Source of the DNA: Candidatus Melainabacteria bacterium 17Bon1m | GTDB taxonomy: Bacteria > Cyanobacteriota > Vampirovibrionia > Obscuribacterales > Obscuribacteraceae | Reading direction: 5' to 3' | Length of the DNA stretch: 64,000 nucleotides | NCBI GenBank assembly: GCA_032128875.1 | Contig: JAVLKG010000005.1 | Span: forward strand, 1-64,000 | In this document: positions 18,287 to 28,003 of the stretch, one piece after another | Layout of the letters: each line of letters begins with the position of its first letter | How positions within the stretch are numbered: the stretch's first letter is position 1 | The notes under the pieces: generated by a model | What the model was told of the DNA's origin: nothing | Seen by the model: the letters and a program-made list of their open reading frames with translations, nothing else | The model's database searches: none | Program-made: the position numbers and the translations under genes

Positions 18287-19642
18287 ATGAATTTGCCGCT
18301 TGTATGCATCGCGAAAGCAATGAGGACAGTGGGCTTTGGCGCGGTTTCTGTTGTTTTGGCGCTTTATTTGATTGAGAAAGGATTTAGCGGAGCACAGGTG
18401 GGTGCCCTGTTTTCATTGACCTTGCTTGAAGATGCGTTGTTGACCACACTGGCGTCGGTGTTTGCAAACCGGCTGGGTATGCGCGTTGTGCTATTGCTCT
18501 CCGCTGCTTTGATTCTTGTTGGTGGTTTCGCGCTGGCATTTGCGCAGGCTCCCTGGCTTATTGCGCTCGCAGTCGTGTTTGGTATCGTCAGCCCTGCCGG
18601 TTATGAAGGCGGTCCATTCGCACCGATTGAACAAGCGATTATTAGCCAATCGGTGAAGAAGGAAAAACTTACGTCTGCTTATTCCTGGTACAACCTTGTC
18701 GGCTTTGGTGGCGCAGCGTTAGGCGCTCTGCTTGCAGGCGGTATGGTCGCGTTAATGAAGGGGCAACCTGCGGTTGAGGCTTACCAGGCGATCTTCATTT
18801 TGAACGCAGTGAGTTCGTTCATCCTTGCGATTCTCTATTTTTCGTTGGATATTGCTGAGCCAACTCGTGCTGCAGGTTCGGCGAAGTCTGTTTCAAGCGA
18901 TTTCGAAAAGGATCTGCGCTCGGTCTCATTTTTCGCGTCGTTTCAAACGTTTCTCAAGAACGCCAAGCAATCGTGGCGCAATTTGTTGGGCGGAAAAACT
19001 CAAACTCAGAAATACATCCGCCAGCTCGCCGGATTGCAGGCAATTGACGCATTTGGCGGTGGTTTTATCGTCCAATCCCTTCTGACATGTTGGTTCTACC
19101 AGCGATATCACGTTGATGCGACATTTATCGGACCCGTTTATTTTGGATGCAATGTCATTGCCGCTCTCTCCTTTGTTGTTGCGCCATATGTCGTTAAGCG
19201 GATCGGACTTCTCAATGCGATGGTTTTCACGCACCTGCCGTGCAGTTTGGCTCTTTGTGTAATGCCGTTTCTTCCCACCGCTGGGCTTGCGGCCGCGCTG
19301 TTGCTCTTGCGCAGCGCGTTTTCTTCCATGGACATTCCTGCTCGCCAGGCGTATACAATGCTCATTGTTCCGGAAGAAGAGCGCCCAGCCGCGGCAGGTG
19401 TGACCACCTCAGCCCGAGCTGTCGCGCAGGGCATTGCTCCGGCTTTGACCGGTGTCCTCATGGGTAACGCGGTAACGGGAATTCCTTTAGTTCTAGCAGG
19501 AGCTTTCAAAAGCGTCTATGATGTGAGTCTCTATTTCGCGTTTAAGTCCGTTCCGTTTCACAACGAACCACTTGACCGCGTACCGCTTTTGGACAAGCCG
19601 ACCGATGAGCTAGAACTGAGAGAACCGGAACGTGTCCGTTGA
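18287..19642 (+). CDS. MFS transporter
   Basis: About 12 TMs; ANRLGMR motif A; GGPFAPIEQA; SMDIPARQAY. Confidence 0.9.
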   Translation: MNLPLVCIAKAMRTVGFGAVSVVLALYLIEKGFSGAQVGALFSLTLLEDALLTTLASVFANRLGMRVVLLLSAALILVGGFALAFAQAPWLIALAVVFGIVSPAGYEGGPFAPIEQAIISQSVKKEKLTSAYSWYNLVGFGGAALGALLAGGMVALMKGQPAVEAYQAIFILNAVSSFILAILYFSLDIAEPTRAAGSAKSVSSDFEKDLRSVSFFASFQTFLKNAKQSWRNLLGGKTQTQKYIRQLAGLQAIDAFGGGFIVQSLLTCWFYQRYHVDATFIGPVYFGCNVIAALSFVVAPYVVKRIGLLNAMVFTHLPCSLALCVMPFLPTAGLAAALLLLRSAFSSMDIPARQAYTMLIVPEEERPAAAGVTTSARAVAQGIAPALTGVLMGNAVTGIPLVLAGAFKSVYDVSLYFAFKSVPFHNEPLDRVPLLDKPTDELELREPERVR

Positions 19643-20855
19643 GATGAAAACAAGGGCTCCGCAAGCACATAGCCAAGATTCAGGCATGAGCTTGTATTTG
19701 AGAACACCGTTCAAATCTCCCACGCGCAAAATGATTTTTACGCTGCACAAGTGGGTTGGTGCAGTAGTTGCGTTGTGGTTGCTCACAATGAGTTTGTCTG
19801 GTGTTTCGCTTGTATTTCGTGACGAGCTAGAAGAACTACTCTGCCCGCCGCCAACTATTTCCGTTGGTGAAAAGCGCGTGGAGTTCGAAGACTTCATCGA
19901 GAACATGCAGAAGAAATACAACGGCTACAAGGTAACGGGATTCATTTGTCCCCGCGCTGCGAGCCGCCCAGTGCAAGTCTTTGCGGTAAACGATAAAGAT
20001 AAAAAACTATCGCTCAACGCTGACCCATACACGGGTGAAATCCTTGGTTTGCGCAAAGAGAACGAGGTTCTTGAAGCGCTTGCGGACCTTCACCACAATA
20101 TGTTCAATGGGAAAACAGGCCGAGCTGCAAATGGCATTGGAGCGCTGTGTCTTTTCGCTTTGGCCGTCACCGGTATGATCGTCTGGTGGCGCGGAATCAA
20201 AGACTGGGCCACTGGTTTTCGCTTCAGCTTCAAAGGCAATTTCCGCCGTGTCAATTGGAATATGCACAGTGCTGTCGGTGTGTGGGCACTGCCATTCCTG
20301 CTCATCTGGAGCATCAGCGGATTCTATTTTGGCTTTACCGCTTTCTTCGAGAAGAGCTTGAACGTTGTTTTCCCTGTTTCTGCACAAAAGGAAGTGGCTC
20401 CTCCCGACGAGAAGATCGCCCTGGAAGAGAATAACCAACCGCCCAGCATGGCGATTGCCGCGATGCATGGCGCCAAGCCCAATCTCGATAAAATGGTGGA
20501 ATCGGCTATTGCTGCGGTTCCGCGAGAGGATTACGTCGAACGCATTGCTTTCCCTGACAAGCGGCGACCCACTCTACGTATTTGGCTCTGCAATTCGCGA
20601 TCTGCCGAAGATGAAACAAAAACGCAGGTGTTTCTTGATCCCAAGTCAGGCGAAGTCCTTGCCGTTGCGCCGTCTAATGCCGCGCCGACTGGAGATGTGA
20701 TTCTACAGTGGCTGACAAAATTGCACTTCGGAAGTTTTTGGGGACTTGCTTCTAAATCAATTTGGATTTTCATTGGGCTAGCACCAGCAATCCTGGCAAT
20801 TTCTGGGCTCTCGCTGTTTGTCCATAACATTACTCACAGGCGTGCAAAGCGTTGA
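19632..20855 (+). CDS. PepSY-associated TM helix domain protein (iron-regulated membrane protein)
   Basis: LHKWVG..SLSG, DPYTGEILG, LHHN, TGMIVWW, MHSAVG, LHFG; start codon uncertain. Confidence 0.9.
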   Translation: MSVEMKTRAPQAHSQDSGMSLYLRTPFKSPTRKMIFTLHKWVGAVVALWLLTMSLSGVSLVFRDELEELLCPPPTISVGEKRVEFEDFIENMQKKYNGYKVTGFICPRAASRPVQVFAVNDKDKKLSLNADPYTGEILGLRKENEVLEALADLHHNMFNGKTGRAANGIGALCLFALAVTGMIVWWRGIKDWATGFRFSFKGNFRRVNWNMHSAVGVWALPFLLIWSISGFYFGFTAFFEKSLNVVFPVSAQKEVAPPDEKIALEENNQPPSMAIAAMHGAKPNLDKMVESAIAAVPREDYVERIAFPDKRRPTLRIWLCNSRSAEDETKTQVFLDPKSGEVLAVAPSNAAPTGDVILQWLTKLHFGSFWGLASKSIWIFIGLAPAILAISGLSLFVHNITHRRAKR

Positions 20856-21799
20856 AAAAACCTCGATTAGAATCTTTGTTTGCCTTGGTTCTCTTCGGAA
20901 TTTTCGCTGCTGCATTTGCTCAAAGTGGGCGGTGTGCAGATAATTCCATCAAAGCTGGAAGTATCTCAAGCGGACAAACGACAAGAGGAAAAACGATACC
21001 CGGAAACGCAATAAGCGGAAAAACAATAAGCGGAAATACGTCACGCAGCAAATCAGGCACGTCTGAATATTTCTGTCGCGCTGAGAACAACGTAAAACTC
21101 GGTAGAGTTCGTGCAGCTATTGATGATGCCACCAAGGCAATTGAGTTCGACCCGAAAAATTGGCAAGCCTATGAGTTGCGCGCTTTGCAGTATTTCAAGG
21201 TTGGACCTTACCAAAACAGCATTGATGATTTTCACAAAGCGATTGAACTAGCTCCCAAGGAACTGCGCCTGCGCGAGGGGCTGGTCAAGGTCGTGGCGAG
21301 AACTGGTGAATCCGACTTTGTTATCGATGAGGCGACGAGAGCCATCAAAAGCGGCTTTACCAGCGGTTTTCTCTATCAACAGCGAGCTGACGCTTACTAC
21401 CGCTCAGAGATGTACGAGAATGCCGCAAAGGATTTGACAGTTGTACTGTCGATGCCGATGGCGAAGGATAGGTGGCAGCGTTGGGATCTTTTGAAGCTAA
21501 GAGGAAGATGTTATCTGCGTTCGAAGCAGTTTGCTAATGCTGAGAAGGACTGTACCGAGGCACTCGCAATCGCGCCGGATGACAGCAAGACTTATTTCTG
21601 CCGTGCGGATGTTCGCGACCGCATGGGCAAGTATCAAGAGGCAATCGCCGATCTAAACTCGAACATCAAATACGATCCGGGCAATGGACGCGCGTTTTCA
21701 ATGCGAGCGAAAATATACGAACATTTGGGTCAGAAGCAGAAGGCTGAAGCTGATCGCAAAGAAGCAATTCGCCTGGGTGATAAACAATGGGGCATTTGA
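20852..21799 (+). CDS. Secreted TPR protein
   Basis: Signal peptide, TPR repeats; 4-nt overlap with the upstream gene. Confidence 0.85.
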   Translation: MKKPRLESLFALVLFGIFAAAFAQSGRCADNSIKAGSISSGQTTRGKTIPGNAISGKTISGNTSRSKSGTSEYFCRAENNVKLGRVRAAIDDATKAIEFDPKNWQAYELRALQYFKVGPYQNSIDDFHKAIELAPKELRLREGLVKVVARTGESDFVIDEATRAIKSGFTSGFLYQQRADAYYRSEMYENAAKDLTVVLSMPMAKDRWQRWDLLKLRGRCYLRSKQFANAEKDCTEALAIAPDDSKTYFCRADVRDRMGKYQEAIADLNSNIKYDPGNGRAFSMRAKIYEHLGQKQKAEADRKEAIRLGDKQWGI

Positions 21800-22377
21800 A
21801 CTTGAAATTTGCCGCAGTCGTTGTGTGCAGCTAGTTGAACGGCAACGCTAGCGGCAAGCTCCGCGAACCCTGAAGCCAGGATGTGAGCGGGTTCAGACAA
21901 GCTCTTGGCGCGCGGATCTCTTGACAATCGCGAAGGTCAGAACGTTCGTCGGCTGGTGCTTTTGAAATTGAAGACTGTTCGAGAAGAGGAGTACTACGGT
22001 TTGTTACGGCTTAGATCAACAGCTCTTTCAAGGTTTCGTTACAGCTTTTGATCTCAATGTCCTGATAGCTATTAGGTGTTCATTTTTCTTCAGTCCTCTT
22101 TGCGAAAAACATAACCAAAACGTTCCTGCAGGTTTATCCCAGCAAGATTCACGGCGCATTGCGTTGTGGAATCATTGCCGACCTTGCAAGGTTTTCCAGA
22201 GTGCACTCGCGGGGCTCTGGAGATTGCTTTGCACGCTAGGAATGATGCGAAGACGTCAGTTGCAGAATTTGCCCCGTCACAGTCACGCTAGATGGCTGGG
22301 GTTGCATTCTGCCGACTGAGGAGAAATGACACGAAGCGCTTTTTTGGCGTTTCGTTGCCTCAATAGAATAATTTTGA

Positions 22378-23031
22378 ATGGAAGGAATGCCAATGAGAAA
22401 GTTTGTTTCAATTTCTTGTTTGCTGCTTCTTTGCACGTCCTGGGCCGCCAGTGCCCATGCGCAGCAGACAATCCAGGTCGCTGTTCCGGCTGCCGTCGAC
22501 AGTGGCACGACCATGGTCCCCGCTACCAAACTGGACCCCGGAAGCGTCGTGGATATAGGCACCACCGTAAATCTCGGCAAGTCGTTGAACTCTGCCGAAC
22601 CTGCGGTTGCCCCTGTGTCCGCGCCCAAAGTCGACTTTAAGGTCGACCTCACCGGTGCCACTCTGCCGGTCCTCAACTCCGATGAGTTGGCGGCACAGCG
22701 CGCGCTTCGTCAGTACGACGAATCGATGCGCAACTGGTCTTTGCCGCCCGAGTCGCTGAACGACATCCTCGCTGACAGCCGTGTTGGTGAGCCGCAGGAC
22801 AAGTTTCGCCTCAACCGGCGTGACGAATTCCTGGGGAATTCTCGCTCCGCTCGCGACTTCGAATGGCAGCGTCAACGCACGGCGGATCGCATCGCCGACT
22901 CGATCTACCCTGGATTCGGTCGCATTGAGACGACGTACGCAAACGGTGCGTCTTCTCGGCTCGACTACATCTACACCAAGCGCTGTGGCGGCAGAAGTGG
23001 CTGGGGTGTCTGCTGGCAGTATCGCTTCTAG
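22378..23031 (+). CDS. Secreted hypothetical protein
   Basis: Signal peptide (ASAHA); ends in YRF; likely start ATG 22393. Confidence 0.7.
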   Translation: MEGMPMRKFVSISCLLLLCTSWAASAHAQQTIQVAVPAAVDSGTTMVPATKLDPGSVVDIGTTVNLGKSLNSAEPAVAPVSAPKVDFKVDLTGATLPVLNSDELAAQRALRQYDESMRNWSLPPESLNDILADSRVGEPQDKFRLNRRDEFLGNSRSARDFEWQRQRTADRIADSIYPGFGRIETTYANGASSRLDYIYTKRCGGRSGWGVCWQYRF

Positions 23032-23103
23032 GTTCTCAACGCATCGCGTCTGAACTTCGGAGACAACTGCTGCAGGATCTAATTTGATGCTTAGAAAACT
23101 GAT

Positions 23104-23160
23104 AGGCAGGTGAGAAGTGGCGAACATCAATGTTTCGCTCTCTCACCTGCCTTCTTTCTT
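23104..23160. terminator. Long hairpin/terminator between convergent genes
   Basis: AGGCAGGTGAGA...TCTCACCTGCCT followed by a pyrimidine run. Confidence 0.55.
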
Positions 23161-23311
23161 CTTTTAAAACCCGCGTATACTATAGGATGTCAGATGTTGT
23201 GCGAAAACTAGGAGCCTGATGAAATCTTCGTTTTGGCTTTCTCTGTCTTGAAAAATGGAGAGGAGCTGATCGCTAAATCAGCCCCCCATCTTCCCCGTCA
23301 AAAGACCAGTC

Positions 23312-24313
23312 TTATCTCCAGCGGTAGACCTGCTGGTTGCGGTTGCGATCGACTTCTCTGCCGATCACGTTGCCGAGCGCTCCACCGGCGAGAACGCCGA
23401 GCAGAGTGTTGTCGCGACCGCTGCGATCGCGGTTGTTGTGCCCGATTACTCCACCAATGACTCCGCCAATTACGGTGCCGGCGATTTCGCCGTCCTGGTC
23501 ATATCCGCCGCTTGAGCGTCTGTAGGTTGGCTCGTAGTCCCGGTCTCTTCTGCGAATCACCGGTGGATTGCAGTCGCGATCGACGTACGGAGGTTGACGA
23601 TAAACAGGAGGAGGACACGGTGGTTCGTAAACTACAGGTGGTTCGTATCGAATGGGAGGCTCATAGCGAATCGGTGGTTCGTATCGCACGGGCGGTTCGT
23701 AGCGTGGGTCGCAATCGCGGTCGTTAACCGGCGGGCGATGGTGGACAGGAGGTCTTACATCTGGGAAACAGTCGGGAATTGGAATGCTTCCGCCGGGATA
23801 GCCCGGGCGTCCACGGCCGTTTCCGATATTTATATCGATGTCTATGTCGATGTCTGGGCGACCATGTCCGCCACGGTTGCGATCCCAATCTCGCCCGCGA
23901 TCCCAATCTCTGCCGCGGTCACGTCCACGATCTCTCGGGTCACAATCGTCGTTTCGTCCGCGTCCATTGCCGCGATCCCAGTCGCGACCGCGTCCTCGGT
24001 CTCTTGGATCGCAGTCATCATCACGTCGTCCGTGTCCGCGACCGTCATCCATTCTACCTACGCGAATCTGGCGATTGCAGTCGGTGACGTACACTTCGCC
24101 GTTCTGTGTGATGGTCAAATCGTTTCCACGTCCATTCTTTTCGTATTGATTCACGCGTTGGACCATGTCTGAAAAATCTTGTCTGTCTCTTCTGTAGAGA
24201 TCTTGCAAATATCTTGCTACGCCTTGTCCGTTCGTGCCGTTGTCGAGCAATCGCGCAACGTCATGGGCTGCATTCTTCTCTGCACGGACAGAATTATCAA
24301 ATTCGTGGCTCAC
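23312..24313 (-). CDS. Arg/Asp/Pro-rich repeat protein with C-terminal glycine-zipper 2TM domain
   Basis: DDCDPRDRGR/RDWDRG repeats, YEPP repeats, GTVIGGVIGGVIG...GVLAGGALGNVIG; GAGGA SD. Confidence 0.8.
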   Translation of the reverse strand: MSHEFDNSVRAEKNAAHDVARLLDNGTNGQGVARYLQDLYRRDRQDFSDMVQRVNQYEKNGRGNDLTITQNGEVYVTDCNRQIRVGRMDDGRGHGRRDDDCDPRDRGRGRDWDRGNGRGRNDDCDPRDRGRDRGRDWDRGRDWDRNRGGHGRPDIDIDIDINIGNGRGRPGYPGGSIPIPDCFPDVRPPVHHRPPVNDRDCDPRYEPPVRYEPPIRYEPPIRYEPPVVYEPPCPPPVYRQPPYVDRDCNPPVIRRRDRDYEPTYRRSSGGYDQDGEIAGTVIGGVIGGVIGHNNRDRSGRDNTLLGVLAGGALGNVIGREVDRNRNQQVYRWR

Positions 24314-24538
24314 TGTTATGTCCTCGGGAGGCGAAGGGGATTGCCTGCGTGCTTGCTATTTACCGCAAACTTTGTGACACAAGTGTGACGTTATGCTTGG
24401 GAAATCAAACAGACATGGGAAAACCACGTATGTAAGCGCCCATCGGCGTTCTGGCAGAGACACAGCTTTAACTAAAGGTTCTGATCCACGTGTGCGGAAC
24501 CTTAAAATTGACCTTTTTCGATATTTGCGTTTTTTGAG

Positions 24539-25399
24539 TTACTTAATCGGTCCCGAGGCGAACGGCGCTATATCAATGTTTGCGTTTCTGCCGATCGCGG
24601 CGGCTCTCAACTCTTTTTTGTACAGATCCATTTTGCCTAAATGTTTGTAGATCTCCGCTTTGCTCTTGTGCAAGTGTTCATGTCCATCTTTGGAGTTGTC
24701 ACCTTCTGGGTCTAGCTTTAAAGTCATGTCGTAGTCGGCAAGGGCTTTAGCGTATTGATGCAAAACCATAAAAGCGTCTGCGCGCTTTTCGAACGTCGCA
24801 GATTTCGAGCCACCTATTTTTATGGCTTGGCTGAAATCGCTGACTGCCTGAGCCGGTTTGTTCAGTCGCATATAGCAAGTGCCACGACTGCTATAGACGC
24901 CATCTGTTGGGTTTGCTGTCATCAAGAGAGAATAGTCCTTGATAGCTTCATCATATCGATGAAGCGATTGATAAAGATCTCCTCGCAAGCGCAGTGCTCC
25001 TTCATGAAACGGCTTGCGCAGCTTGATTGCCGAATTGAAATCATCCAGAGCTTTATCCATTTTGCCAAACTCTTCCCACACGCTTGCCCGGAAATAGTAT
25101 GCGTCGGCTGCTTTGCTATCAACTTTAATCGCCTCAGTGAAAAATGCCAGAGCCTTTTCCAGCTCGCCGCGTTCGCGCCAGTAATTTCCTTTTCGAATCA
25201 GAGGAAACGCTGGTGAGGAGAGAGTTATGCCTGTTGCTTGATGGTAGATCTGTTGTGGCTGCTTGGCGAAAGCAGATAGCCCGAATGTGAATATGTGGAG
25301 ACAAATTAGCGCCGCGGCAGTGATACCACAGGAGGTGATAAGTTTTTGGCGTTGGCTATGGTGCACAGAATAACTTTCAATCGAAACATTCCCTTCCAT
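24539..25399 (-). CDS. TPR protein
   Basis: N-terminal hydrophobic segment, multiple TPR repeats. Confidence 0.85.
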   Translation of the reverse strand: MEGNVSIESYSVHHSQRQKLITSCGITAAALICLHIFTFGLSAFAKQPQQIYHQATGITLSSPAFPLIRKGNYWRERGELEKALAFFTEAIKVDSKAADAYYFRASVWEEFGKMDKALDDFNSAIKLRKPFHEGALRLRGDLYQSLHRYDEAIKDYSLLMTANPTDGVYSSRGTCYMRLNKPAQAVSDFSQAIKIGGSKSATFEKRADAFMVLHQYAKALADYDMTLKLDPEGDNSKDGHEHLHKSKAEIYKHLGKMDLYKKELRAAAIGRNANIDIAPFASGPIK

Positions 25400-25683
25400 A
25401 CTACTAGGCGTTGAGTGTTTCGGTCAGAAGTAGGAACTTTTTCTGCCTTCGCGGGGCAACGTTTCCGTGTGCCGGCGCTTTACCGATATACTACTCCATG
25501 TCGCAGGAGCGGGGAAATGAAAAACACCGAAAGAGGCGGGCGCGAAGCATGTTTCGGAAGTTCTTCGAGAACCTCAGAAAGCATGTCGCACCCGCCCCGT
25601 GGTGGTGTTTCAGCTGCGCTCAATGCGAAACAAGTCAGCCTGGCTGCCTTGATGCGAATGAATGCATCATGTCTCTACAGCCG

Positions 25684-26322
25684 TTACCACTCTTTCCACT
25701 TCTCAATCACGCTCTCCGGATAATGCTCCAGGTCGCCTCGACTGACTGCATAGACGTAGGTGGTAGTGATGACGGGCGACATATACCCGGCGCCGTTTTG
25801 ACCGGTCGAAATCCACACGTACGTTGTCGTCGTGTAGGAATCGATCACATGTCCGGCTTCGCTCTGATTCGCGCGCATGAATTCCAGTGCTTGACGCTGC
25901 TCGCTGGTGAGCGACGAGCGTTTTAGCGCTGTTTCCATCTCGCCGTCGGTGATGATACCGTCGCCGTTCGCGTCCAGTTCGTCGAAGTGTTCGAGAACGT
26001 AGGTCTTCACGATCGGCGCGATATAGCGTGCGTAGGTGGCGTAACGATGCCCGTTGACGAGTGTGTCACCTGGCGCCCACATGGTGACGCCGAACATGAT
26101 GATGGCGCCGATGGTGGCAGCGAGGTGTGGGCGCTCGACTTCCATGTCGGCGACCATGAAGGTTAGCCAATAGGCAAGAGCGCCCATGACTCCGGCGGTG
26201 ACGATGCCCCAGAGAAGCACCGATGATGCACCGCCACTGACGGCACTTGCTGGTAGAAGCCCCAAAAAGAAGCCCATGCCCAGCAGGAGTGCTGCCAGCA
26301 GAAAGAGCAGGAACTTTTCCAT
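25684..26322 (-). CDS. Membrane protein with EF-hand loop
   Basis: 3 TMs; DANGDGIITDGE EF-hand. Confidence 0.8.
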   Translation of the reverse strand: MEKFLLFLLAALLLGMGFFLGLLPASAVSGGASSVLLWGIVTAGVMGALAYWLTFMVADMEVERPHLAATIGAIIMFGVTMWAPGDTLVNGHRYATYARYIAPIVKTYVLEHFDELDANGDGIITDGEMETALKRSSLTSEQRQALEFMRANQSEAGHVIDSYTTTTYVWISTGQNGAGYMSPVITTTYVYAVSRGDLEHYPESVIEKWKEW

Positions 26323-26413
26323 AGCTTTGATTCCCTAGTTGAGTTGTGTCGTGCAGCGAAATGCCGCGCGATACCATCGTTTCGAGCGTTGTTAGAGCTC
26401 GATGTGTGACAGT

Positions 26414-27340
26414 TCAGCCGATGCTGCAGCTGTCTGGAGGAACTAGTTCTTCTGCGCGTTTGCGGTATTTCTCCGCGCGCGCTTTTGTGATGTCGGCGAG
26501 CGTATTCCAGAGGTAGCCGGAGTTCGGCTTGTCGTCGCCGAGCAATTCAAAACACTCACGAACAGTCGCTTCCGCTTCATCGAGTCGGCCGAGCGCCAGG
26601 TAGCAGCCGGCGACATGATTGAACGAATGGAAGCTTTCGTCATCGAGCTGTTCTTTGCTCTTCGCCTTCTCGATTGCAAGACCGCGAAGATTGCGAGCGA
26701 GAGCTGATTCGAAGTCGCCAACGCGGAAGTAGAGCGAGCCCAGGTTGGTGAGGTTGCCGCCGAGGCTTTCGGTGTTACCGTTTTCCTCCCAGACTTTGAT
26801 CGCTTTTTCGTACCAGGCTGCGGCGTCGAGCAGGTTTTGCCGGCGCTTTGCCTTGTTGCGGGCTGATGCGCCGAAAACAAGAAAGCACATCGAGACGTAG
26901 GCTTCCGCCATGTTCTCGCCGAGCGGACGGAGTTTTTCCAACGCTATGATGGCGCTGGAAAGCTGGCGCCGGGCCCGGGCATTCTGGTTGGTCTTGCTCA
27001 GCTCCTGCGCCCTGGCCAACTCTTCGTTGACTGCGGCGCAGTTGCGACACTTGCACTCGTCGGAGTGGTTGCGGCGCGCGACCGGAGCCGGTCCCTGCAC
27101 CTGGAAGCCGGGAGCCAGGGCGACACCGTCGGGAATGTGGAATCCCCAGACAAGAGTGATGCCCTGGTATTCGCTGCTGGGCTGCGGAATCTTTTGCAAT
27201 GCCGACCAGTCGCTGACCCAGACCGAAAGCTTGCTGTCGTCTGTCGGATCGGCTCTGACGATGCCGGTTTTCGCGTTGACGTACAGTCGCCTGAATTCCT
27301 CGACTTTCGCGTGAAAGTCGCTTGGTGATTCTCGAGACAT
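26414..27340 (-). CDS. TPR protein with HxxxCxCxxC motif
   Basis: HSDECKCRNC, then TPR repeats (LTNLGSLYFRVGDFESA); GAGGA SD. Confidence 0.8.
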   Translation of the reverse strand: MSRESPSDFHAKVEEFRRLYVNAKTGIVRADPTDDSKLSVWVSDWSALQKIPQPSSEYQGITLVWGFHIPDGVALAPGFQVQGPAPVARRNHSDECKCRNCAAVNEELARAQELSKTNQNARARRQLSSAIIALEKLRPLGENMAEAYVSMCFLVFGASARNKAKRRQNLLDAAAWYEKAIKVWEENGNTESLGGNLTNLGSLYFRVGDFESALARNLRGLAIEKAKSKEQLDDESFHSFNHVAGCYLALGRLDEAEATVRECFELLGDDKPNSGYLWNTLADITKARAEKYRKRAEELVPPDSCSIG

Positions 27341-27417
27341 ATTTTAGTCCTCTTGTAAAACCGCGATGAGCAGCGGGTGTTACCCACTGCTCAATGTGAA
27401 TGCCTCACCTTTCGGTT

Positions 27418-27807
27418 TTAGTACGGAGGCCTGTTCGGATTGTTGCGATCGAGAGAAGCCTCGAAGCTGCGGCCGTTGTGGATGGTCGCGCGCAGAGACG
27501 TGATGAGGATGCCGGCTGTGCTTGCGCCAATTAAGGTGAGGTTGAGCGCTTGCGAGACTTCGAAGGCGTTCTTCAAAACCATCGCCAGGATCATAGCCAG
27601 CGCGTAGCCGAGTATTGAAACGAGGGCCCAGCGAGTGCGCCGACGTTCCATCTCCCAGCGGGCTTCCTTCTCGATCGGCACTTCACTTTTCCAGGATTCC
27701 TCTTTCTTCTTGCACAGGACCCAGAAGATGATTGATGCCGTGAACGTGGTGACGGCGACTGCGAAGGCAGCCATCGTTACGAGAGTTACTAGAATTGCCA
27801 TTTTCAA
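27418..27807 (-). CDS. Small membrane protein (3 TMs)
   Basis: Hydrophobic segments; AAGGGA SD. Confidence 0.7.
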   Translation of the reverse strand: MKMAILVTLVTMAAFAVAVTTFTASIIFWVLCKKKEESWKSEVPIEKEARWEMERRRTRWALVSILGYALAMILAMVLKNAFEVSQALNLTLIGASTAGILITSLRATIHNGRSFEASLDRNNPNRPPY

Positions 27808-28003
27808 TTCCCTTCACTTCAGCTGATTTGCATCTGCTGTTTCGCATTGGTCATTTAGAACTGACAGAGGCGGGCAGTAGGACGAAGAGGCCGACGGTGT
27901 TACCCGTCGACCTCTTCAGCGCAAGGGCCGAGCGCTTGCTGCGCTCGACAGTCGTACGAACCGAACATCAGTGCATGAGCGCACTGTGGTCGGTTTGTCG
28001 CTG

